The notes under the pieces: model-generated
Seen by the model: the letters and a program-made list of their open reading frames with translations, nothing else
The model's database searches: none
Told to the model about the DNA's origin: nothing
Shown: piece after piece, positions 46,019 through 52,900 of the stretch
Layout of the letters: each line of letters starts with the position of its first letter
Position numbering within the stretch: position 1 is the first letter of the stretch
Program-made: the position numbers and the translations under genes
NCBI GenBank assembly: GCA_023246355.1
Contig: JAHFIQ010000005.1
Location: forward strand, 3,086 to 67,085
Source of the DNA: Candidatus Uhrbacteria bacterium
GTDB taxonomy: Bacteria; Patescibacteriota; Patescibacteriia; UBA9934; GWF2-40-263
Direction: 5' to 3'
Length of the DNA: 64,000 nucleotides

Positions 46019-46905
46019 AGATTGGATTTTATCTGCACGAGATCAGTGAGTGCTCCAATCCCGATCACAAGAGGTCGAAGGGCGTAAATGATCCACGCCT
46101 GCCAGGGCGGACACCACTTAGCAAAGTACCGCGCCATGGAGAGAGAAAACTGTGTTTGCTTCCACCGGGATGATTGTTGCTTGAATGATTGTCCGATCAA
46201 ATCGGTGCAGGAAACAGTGGCATCGTACCAGATACGAAATCCTGCTTGGCGAACGCGTTTGCAAAAGTCGACTTCCTCAAACCAGATAAAAAACGTTTGT
46301 GCATCGAGCACGCCGATCTTTTCCATCACATCACGTCGAAACGCAAAAAACGATCCTCGCACTTGATCGACATTCTGCGAAACGTTGTAGTCGAAATCTT
46401 TTGCCAGATATTGATTCACAACATCGGGAAACAGATGGGGGAGTTTGAGCAGGATGGCGAGCTGATCGCGAAATTGAGGATCACGGCGCACGGAAGCAAC
46501 CACGGATCCCCGTCCGACCTGGTCGTCCGGGCGGGCATTTTCACGAACCAGTTTTACACCCATCACACCGATGTCTTTGTGCGTCGTTAGCGTCTGATAG
46601 GTGTGATCGACCACGTCCTTGCCCATCATCATGTCAGGGTTGAACAGCACGAGCACCTCGCCCTTGGCCATCTTGAGTCCTTGATTGCAGGCATAGGCAA
46701 AACCACGATTGGCATCGTTTTGAATGAGATGCACAGAGGGAAAATACGTTCGAATCATCGTGGCCGTGCCGTCGCTTGATCCGTTATCAATCACAAGCAC
46801 CTCGAATGCTTCACGTGTTTGCATGGAAAACAGATGTGAAAGATTGTCTTTCAGCTGTTCACGGACATTCCAGGAAACGATGATGAGAGAAACCTTCGGT
46901 TGCAT
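46009..46905 (-). CDS. Glycosyltransferase family 2
   Basis: VSLIIVSWNVREQLKDNLSHL...VLVIDNGSSDGT...NRGFAYACNQG. Confidence 0.65.
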   Translation of the reverse strand: MQPKVSLIIVSWNVREQLKDNLSHLFSMQTREAFEVLVIDNGSSDGTATMIRTYFPSVHLIQNDANRGFAYACNQGLKMAKGEVLVLFNPDMMMGKDVVDHTYQTLTTHKDIGVMGVKLVRENARPDDQVGRGSVVASVRRDPQFRDQLAILLKLPHLFPDVVNQYLAKDFDYNVSQNVDQVRGSFFAFRRDVMEKIGVLDAQTFFIWFEEVDFCKRVRQAGFRIWYDATVSCTDLIGQSFKQQSSRWKQTQFSLSMARYFAKWCPPWQAWIIYALRPLVIGIGALTDLVQIKSNLWK

Positions 46906-47100
46906 AACGTGGGCATCTTACGTGTGCATAGAGAGCTTTGTCCACGGTGTATTGACTTTTTCTTCATTTTATGCTATTTTTCTTGTCTGTTCACCCTCAA
47001 GGTTTCAGTGTTGAGTGTGGCGTTTTGAGGCTATTATTGGCCCCAGGCCGCCATTCTCAACAAACAAAGACAAGGTTTACGGGGCGCTCTGTGCGTTCCT

Positions 47101-47931
47101 GTGGGCTGGTCAGAGATGGCTCTGAGGTGTTCTGTGAACGTGTTCATTGACCAGATGGTGGATTTCAAGAATCGTTTCTTCCGGCTCGGTGGGACGATGG
47201 CGCTTTTCCTCAACCTCCTCGGTGATGACGAGCTGATGGAGCACATGATCAAGAGCGCTGAGGAGAAGGCTAACGCCAACCCGTTCGAGCAGACGGTGGA
47301 CGAGCAGATCGCCGCGCTGCGGGCTCAGAATGAGGCTGGCAGCTGGGGCATCACCGAGGACGTGTTCGTCCGGCTCGCGCAGACCGCGCCTGCTTGGCCC
47401 AAGGGTAAGGACGCCTACCGCTCGCTCCGTATCCGTTTCGGCGAGGGGGACGAGGGAGTGGCACTCACCTTCGAACGACATGCTGAGGCCATGAAGCGCG
47501 TCCACGACCCGAAGTTCTGGCGGTGGGAATTGCTTCACTCCGGAACGGTGCCCTATCAGGGCAAGTCGGTCGAGCGCCTGCGGCTCTTGAACGGCAATCA
47601 GAGCCACAAGGCCGTCGTCGAGTGGGTAATCATCAGCGACCTGTCAGCCAACCGCACGCGGAAGGACATCACTTCCGTGCGAAGTGTCCAGTCCCTCGCG
47701 GACGAAGGCCTCGTACTGGCGTGGATGTTCCCGAAGCGGGCGCAGGCGATCGACTACGACAAGTGGTGCGCCTGGTACTGCGGAGGCTACGAGTCAAACG
47801 TCCCCGAGCACGGCGAGGAGTGGCAGCGCGTGGTGGTCGTGGGCCGCGACACCGTTTCCGGTAGGGTCCACCTGCACGCCAGCTGGCGGAGCGGCGACAA
47901 CTCGGGCTACTCCGTTCCTCCCCTCGGGTAG
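47101..47931 (+). CDS. DGR target (variable) protein; C-terminal VR
   Basis: Its last 131 bp (47798..47928) is the VR copy of the TR at 48292..48422. No signal peptide. N-terminus unverified. Confidence 0.6.
   Translation: MGWSEMALRCSVNVFIDQMVDFKNRFFRLGGTMALFLNLLGDDELMEHMIKSAEEKANANPFEQTVDEQIAALRAQNEAGSWGITEDVFVRLAQTAPAWPKGKDAYRSLRIRFGEGDEGVALTFERHAEAMKRVHDPKFWRWELLHSGTVPYQGKSVERLRLLNGNQSHKAVVEWVIISDLSANRTRKDITSVRSVQSLADEGLVLAWMFPKRAQAIDYDKWCAWYCGGYESNVPEHGEEWQRVVVVGRDTVSGRVHLHASWRSGDNSGYSVPPLG
47798..47928 (+). repeat. DGR variable repeat (VR)
   Basis: 131 bp aligned to the TR with 15 substitutions, all opposite TR adenines. Ends 3 nt before the target stop codon. Confidence 0.9.
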
Positions 47932-47951
47932 CGCTCGGAACTTGGCAGCTT

Positions 47952-48010
47952 GGAGCTCGGCAGCCCTTGGACTTCAATCCTTGGTGCTGCCGGCTCCTTT
48001 TCATTTTGTT
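47952..48010 (+). terminator. GC-rich hairpin plus T-tract immediately downstream of VR (terminator / DGR-associated stem-loop)
   Basis: ggagctcggcagc ... gctgccggctcc (12 bp, 1 bulge) followed by ttttcattttg, 20 nt after the stop. Confidence 0.5.
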
Positions 48011-48291
48011 ATAATAGTTTTGGAGAGTAGGCCAGTGCGCCGGTGTTTACGGATGCCGGTCGCCGAAATCTCTTGCAATCCCAATATGCCGTCAGAATCC
48101 AGCCTTCGCTTGAAGGTAGGAGTGTGCGGTGCGGATTGGCGAGCACTCCGCATTTCATTTTGGAACCAGCCTTCGCTGAAGCTACGGCCGGCAGGCCAGT
48201 CGAGCGTGCGAACGGCGAAGGGTTCCGCATAAAATTCAGGGTATGGATGCGTCTGTACCCAGTGTCATGGAAGAATGGAATGTGAAGGGAG

Positions 48292-48422
48292 ACGTCCCCG
48301 AGAACGACGAGGAGTGGCAGAACGTGGTGGTCGTGAACCGCAACACCGATTCCGGTAAGGTCAACCTGAACGCCAACTGGCGGAGCAACGACAACTCGGG
48401 CTACTCCGTTCCTCCCATCGGG
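48292..48422 (+). repeat. DGR template repeat (TR)
   Basis: AAC-rich (at least 9 AAC codons in frame). Invariant partner of the VR. Lies inside a spurious 69-aa ORF. Confidence 0.9.
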
Positions 48423-48466
48423 AGTTCTCATCAAGGCAAAGGGGCGCCATGAAGCGCTCCTTCATG

Positions 48467-48862
48467 CTATCCGACGACTTTCATCCATCCGCCGAGCATC
48501 CTGCCCGTGTCTATCAGTTTTGATTCCATGTTTAGATACTGAACGTTCGTGATGCATTTGCAGTCCTTACACAGCCGTACCAGCAACTTCGTGGTATCGA
48601 CCTTAGCACTCGCTTCTTTTAGTCTGACGAGCTTCTCTGTTGGAATCGACGTCGCGGCGGCACCAAGAAGGAGTTCAAGTATCGAAAGAAGATATCTGGA
48701 ACAGGTTTCGCCAAGCGTATAGCGTTGGGGTTTCGGAAATTTTTTCATCACTTCGTTCCACAGGACATAAGCATCATAAAGCGTATGTACGATTGGAATA
48801 TCGCCAGGTCCTCCGTTCAACAACGTTCGTTCTTCCCGATTGAGTCGGGGGGGGGGTGTCAC
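48467..48862 (-). CDS. avd: Accessory variability determinant (Avd)-like four-helix-bundle protein
   Basis: 131 aa with KFPKPQRYTLG...LGGWMK features of Avd. Divergent from the RT and overlapping its 5' end. Confidence 0.6.
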   Translation of the reverse strand: MTPPPRLNREERTLLNGGPGDIPIVHTLYDAYVLWNEVMKKFPKPQRYTLGETCSRYLLSILELLLGAAATSIPTEKLVRLKEASAKVDTTKLLVRLCKDCKCITNVQYLNMESKLIDTGRMLGGWMKVVG

Positions 48863-49844
48863 TATTCATAAGGCAGAAGCTCGTGATTTATTTGATCGTT
48901 TGGTTTCGATTGAAAATTTGTTTTTGGCGTGGAGACGTTTCTGCAAAGGAAAACGGAGTCGTCATGATGTGATGGTATTCGAACGGAGGCTGGAAGACAA
49001 TCTTTTTGCTATCCGTGAGGAACTTCTTTTCGGATTGTATCAGCACAGTCGGTATGAGCGATTCACCATTCACGATCCGAAAGAGCGAACAATCCACAAA
49101 GCGATCATCAAGGATCGGGTTGTTCACCAAGCTATCGTGAACATTATTGAGCCACTATTCGAGAGAGGTTTCATTTTCGACAGCTTTTCTTGTCGTGTTG
49201 AGAAAGGAACACATGCTGCAGTACGAAGGCTGCGAATGTTTTTGCATCGAGCATCCCAAAACGATACGAAAACGGTCTATGCGCTGAAATGCGATGTGCG
49301 GAAGTTTTTTGACTCTGTAAACCATTTGGTTCTGCTAGAGCTGCTTGCCAAGCGGATTGAAGACCCTGCGACTATCAGGGTCCTTAAAAATATTATCAGT
49401 AGCTTTTCTGTTTTACCTCATACAGGTATTCCGCTTGGGAATCTCACGAGCCAGTTATTTGCAAATATCTATCTTCACGAACTCGACTGGTTCGTGAAAC
49501 AGAAACTTCGTGTCAGATATTATGTCCGTTATTGTGATGATTTTATTATGCTGTCGCTGTCCAAGACAGAAGCAGTGGTTTTGATTGAACAAGTTGACGC
49601 ATTCCTGCAGGAGCGTCTTAAGGTCCAACTCCATCCCAACAAGGTTCACGTTCGCACTTGGACGCAGGGTGTAGACTTTCTTGGTCACGTTCTTCTTCCA
49701 CGAGCAACTATTCTTCGTCCAACAACCGCTCGTCGTGTCATTGAACGTGCTACGAGAGAAAACGCTACGTCTTACCTTGGTTTGTGTGTCCACGCCGATG
49801 CCTACGAAGTCCGTAGAACGATCATGAATAAAACAAACATCTAG
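48840..49844 (+). CDS. DGR reverse transcriptase
   Basis: RT motifs 1-7. YCDD catalytic motif. Motif 4 reads LGNLTSQ (the I/LGxxxSQ DGR hallmark). 334 aa, TTG start. Confidence 0.8.
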   Translation: MSRGGGVTIHKAEARDLFDRLVSIENLFLAWRRFCKGKRSRHDVMVFERRLEDNLFAIREELLFGLYQHSRYERFTIHDPKERTIHKAIIKDRVVHQAIVNIIEPLFERGFIFDSFSCRVEKGTHAAVRRLRMFLHRASQNDTKTVYALKCDVRKFFDSVNHLVLLELLAKRIEDPATIRVLKNIISSFSVLPHTGIPLGNLTSQLFANIYLHELDWFVKQKLRVRYYVRYCDDFIMLSLSKTEAVVLIEQVDAFLQERLKVQLHPNKVHVRTWTQGVDFLGHVLLPRATILRPTTARRVIERATRENATSYLGLCVHADAYEVRRTIMNKTNI

Positions 49845-49856
49845 CTGCTTCAAATG

Positions 49857-49910
49857 CCGTGGCACGTCGTTCCCGCCAAAGGCGGGCGCGGCGCGAACGA
49901 CGTGCCGTGG
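49857..49910 (+). other. Strong compound stem-loop after the RT gene
   Basis: 16-bp outer stem ccgtggcacgtcgttc/gaacgacgtgccgtgg (2 G-U in RNA) enclosing ccgcc-aaa-ggcgg. No U-tract follows. Confidence 0.5.
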
Positions 49911-49925
49911 TATAGTACAACGAGA

Positions 49926-50043
49926 CCTCTGAAAAACTCGATGAGATTGCGATGCGCGGGGAAGCCAGCCTCCGAGACGTCGAAAACTACGTTGAGGAGG
50001 TGGCGGGGCCCCGCAAGTCGCAAGATCGCGAGTTTTGCAGAGG
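49926..50043 (+). repeat. 118-nt long-hairpin repeat element, copy c
   Basis: cctctgaaaaactcg...cgagttttgcagagg terminal stem. About 90% identical to copies a and b. Confidence 0.7.
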
Positions 50044-50057
50044 TCCCAATCGTTTTT

Positions 50058-51227
50058 ATGGACAAGGCTCACCTCACCATCGCCCATGTGGTCTGCACCT
50101 ATCCACCGTATCGCGGAGGGATGGGGAATGTTGCGCATGAATATGTCGAGCGACTCAGAGCTCGGGGCTACAACGTGCACGTGTTTACCATTCAAGATAC
50201 AGAAATAGATGATGACCCGCGCTATGTGCACCGCATTCCCGGCATCATCCAAATTGGAAATGCCGGAGTATTACCGTCGCTATTTCATCGCCTGTCTGGT
50301 TTTGATCTGGTTCATCTTCACTATCCTTTTTTTGGCGGCGCAGAACCGGTCATTGTGAGAAAAGCCATGACGCAGGATCAAGGACTTGTCATGACCTATC
50401 ACATGGATAATTTCGGTGCAGGTGTCAAAGGCGCGCTGTTCAGTGCCCATCGTCGCCTGTTATTTCCGTGGCTCGTGAATCGCGTGGACAGAATTTTGGT
50501 GAGCTCCATGGATTATGCCAAACATTGTGCGCTGGCTGAATTGGATGTGATGGACAGAATCGAAGAACATCCCTTTGGCGTGGATCTGGAGCGGTTTCAT
50601 TCAGGCGTGGAGCAGGAGTTGCGTGTGCGTCACCACATCAAACAAGACGTACCCGTTTTGTTGTTTGTGGGTGGGCTTGATGCCGCGCATGAGTTCAAAG
50701 GACTTTCCGTTTTGTTTGAGTCACTCAGTCATCTTTTGAATCAAGAGTGGCATCTGGTGATCGTCGGGGACGGGGCACTCAAGGAAACGTATCGAGAACA
50801 GGCACGCGAGAGAGGGCTCGGCGATCGTGTGACGTTTGCAGGAGCTGTCTCGCAGGATGATCTCCCGCGTTATTACCGTCTGGCGACGGTGCACCTGTTT
50901 CCTTCAACAAAACGCGCGGAGTCCTTTGGATTAGTCGCCCTGGAAGCTGCTGCCTCTGGAATTCCTTCCATCGCGTCAGATCTTCCGGGCGTCAGAACCG
51001 TTGTGCGTGACGGAGATACGGGACTGCTCGTTTCGCCTGGGGATGTTGAGTCACTGAAAAAAGCCATCCTCACCCTGCTTGAACAACCAGACTTGCGATC
51101 ACGCCTTGGTCTTTCAGCGCGAGTGAATGCACAGGCGCACTATCACTGGGAGCCGCTCATAGATCGACTGGAGGCGACGTATGATTCTGTCTTGGGGCAG
51201 CAAGCAAAGCGTCACTATCGAGTATGA
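50058..51227 (+). CDS. Glycosyltransferase family 4
   Basis: Start MDKAHLTIAHVVCTYPPYRGGMGN. GT4 C-terminal domain ESFGLVALEAAASGIPSIASDLPG. Confidence 0.7.
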   Translation: MDKAHLTIAHVVCTYPPYRGGMGNVAHEYVERLRARGYNVHVFTIQDTEIDDDPRYVHRIPGIIQIGNAGVLPSLFHRLSGFDLVHLHYPFFGGAEPVIVRKAMTQDQGLVMTYHMDNFGAGVKGALFSAHRRLLFPWLVNRVDRILVSSMDYAKHCALAELDVMDRIEEHPFGVDLERFHSGVEQELRVRHHIKQDVPVLLFVGGLDAAHEFKGLSVLFESLSHLLNQEWHLVIVGDGALKETYREQARERGLGDRVTFAGAVSQDDLPRYYRLATVHLFPSTKRAESFGLVALEAAASGIPSIASDLPGVRTVVRDGDTGLLVSPGDVESLKKAILTLLEQPDLRSRLGLSARVNAQAHYHWEPLIDRLEATYDSVLGQQAKRHYRV

Positions 51228-52453
51228 AGATCGGGATCGTTTCAAATCTCTATCCACCGGATGCCCGTGGCGGAGCAGAGCTCGTGGCACAGCGCGTGGC
51301 CGATGCTCTGTATGAACGCGGTCACGAAGTGTTTGTGCTCAGCACGCAGCCCTACGACGGCCTGCGATCGTTGTTTGCCCGCGTGCGAGAGAGAACATTG
51401 GAAGTCGTGTATCGTTTTTTTCCACTGAACGTCTACTACGTCAGAAACGACGGGCGCGTGTGGTTTCCCATTCGCCTGCTTTGGCATCTCATCGATCTTT
51501 TCAGTCCATGGGCGAGAGCCGCCATGGCTCACGTTATTGCTGATGAACATCCAGAGGTGATCATCACTCACAACTTGAAAGGCATCGGTGTGGGAATCGC
51601 TCGGGAGATTCAGTTGCGTGGCGTGCCACATATCCACACGCTGCACGATGTACAGCTCTCTGTGCCCAGTGGTTTGCTGATGGCGGGAGAGGAACAGTCC
51701 TTCCTGAATCGATCTTTTTTGCGCCGATGGTATGAGGCAGCGGTACGGCGACAGATGGGGACACCGGATCTGGTTCTCTCACCATCGAAATTTTTGGCAG
51801 ACTTTTATCTGGAGCGGGGGTTGTTTTGTGACACACGCTTGGAAGTTCTTGCCAATCCTCTGCCACCAGGAAATCGACCCGAGCTTCCCAAAACACGACC
51901 GCAGATGAAGACGAAATTTTTATTCGTGGGTCAGCTGGAAGCACACAAGGGCATTCTCTTGCTGTTGGATGCGCTCGATCAACTCGGGGACGTGGAAATG
52001 CATTTCGCCGGTGAGGGGTCGCTTGCTGAGTTTGTGAGTGAACGCGCTGTGCGTGATCCTCGCGTGACGTATCACGGGTTTGTCTCACTCGATAACTTGG
52101 TCAAGCTGTTGGAAAATATCGACGCGGTCGTGCTTCCATCGATCTGTTACGAAAATTCTCCAACCGTTATTTATGAAGCATTCTTGATTGGTGTGCCCGT
52201 GATCGCATCGAGGATCGGTGGCATTCCAGAGATTGTGAAGGAGGAACTTTCAGGACTCCTTGTCACTCCGGGCAGCGTGCAGGAATTGGTCGCTGCCATG
52301 CGTCGGATTCACAACGAACGGGAGTTGTGGTGGGAGAGAACACAATCGATTCGTGCGTATGCCCTGCAATTCGGATTAGACAATTATGTCAGACGTTTGG
52401 AAGCGCTTATAGAGGAAGTGGTGAAAAAAGAAAACTCACCTGTTGGTGAGTAG
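51224..52453 (+). CDS. Glycosyltransferase family 4
   Basis: MKIGIVSNLYPPDARGGAELV...ENSPTVIYEAFLIGVPVIASRIGGIPEIV. Confidence 0.7.
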   Translation: MKIGIVSNLYPPDARGGAELVAQRVADALYERGHEVFVLSTQPYDGLRSLFARVRERTLEVVYRFFPLNVYYVRNDGRVWFPIRLLWHLIDLFSPWARAAMAHVIADEHPEVIITHNLKGIGVGIAREIQLRGVPHIHTLHDVQLSVPSGLLMAGEEQSFLNRSFLRRWYEAAVRRQMGTPDLVLSPSKFLADFYLERGLFCDTRLEVLANPLPPGNRPELPKTRPQMKTKFLFVGQLEAHKGILLLLDALDQLGDVEMHFAGEGSLAEFVSERAVRDPRVTYHGFVSLDNLVKLLENIDAVVLPSICYENSPTVIYEAFLIGVPVIASRIGGIPEIVKEELSGLLVTPGSVQELVAAMRRIHNERELWWERTQSIRAYALQFGLDNYVRRLEALIEEVVKKENSPVGE

Positions 52454-52464
52454 AGAGGGTGGCG

Positions 52465-52809
52465 TCAGTTGACTGACTCGCCCCCCTTGCGGCCCCGAGT
52501 GGCTGCTGCGTGAAAGAGAATGTCGGGGTTGGCCTGGAGCTCCGGAGATGGAAGGTCCACGCTCAGATCTTCAACTTCCTTGATGACGATCGTCGTGCCT
52601 TTTCCAATCCCTTGCCTCGTACGGACGCGTGAGGTGATTTTGGAAGGACGCTGCATGGCGTGAATCATTGGATGAGTGAAGACAATGGAGTTGGCCGCGG
52701 CCAATCGTGCCATTTCCATCGCCATCTCGGTCGCGTCAGCGAACTCGACGATCGTTTGCACTTGTTCCTCAGGCTGTCCTTGTTGGAACACGAGGAAGGT
52801 GATTTTCAT
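52465..52809 (-). CDS. Hypothetical small protein
   Basis: ORF with start MKITFLVF. No confident family assignment. Confidence 0.3.
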   Translation of the reverse strand: MKITFLVFQQGQPEEQVQTIVEFADATEMAMEMARLAAANSIVFTHPMIHAMQRPSKITSRVRTRQGIGKGTTIVIKEVEDLSVDLPSPELQANPDILFHAAATRGRKGGESVN

Positions 52810-52835
52810 GCGGATCATGGAGACTCTCGGGATAT

Positions 52836-52896
52836 GGGGTCAGGTCGGGTTATGGACATTTTGAAAAACAGAATGTCCATAACCCGACCTGACCCC
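52836..52896. repeat. REP-like perfect hairpin (24-bp stem)
   Basis: ggggtcaggtcgggttatggacat - 13-nt loop - atgtccataacccgacctgacccc. An identical stem occurs at 54370..54430. Confidence 0.75.
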
Positions 52897-52900
52897 ACCT

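Noticed and set aside
47523-48232. Overlapping ORFs 47523..47864(+), 47669..48004(-), 47684..48232(+), 48009..48434(-)
   Set aside because: Alternative or antisense frames over the DGR target gene, VR-TR spacer and TR. Arg/Pro-rich with no support.
48243-48452. 69-aa ORF MDASVPSVMEEWNVKGDVPENDEEWQNVVVVNRNTDSGKVNLNANW...
   Set aside because: This is the DGR template repeat read in the target's frame. The TR functions as RNA, not as a gene.
49854-50057. N-terminal 68 codons of the listed 457-aa GT4 ORF, plus ORFs 49850..50065(-) and 49952..50140(+)
   Set aside because: This stretch is the post-RT stem-loop and hairpin-element copy c. The same nucleotide sequence recurs at 16971..17090 and 45063..45178 in non-coding contexts. 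GT4 homology starts at Met 50058.
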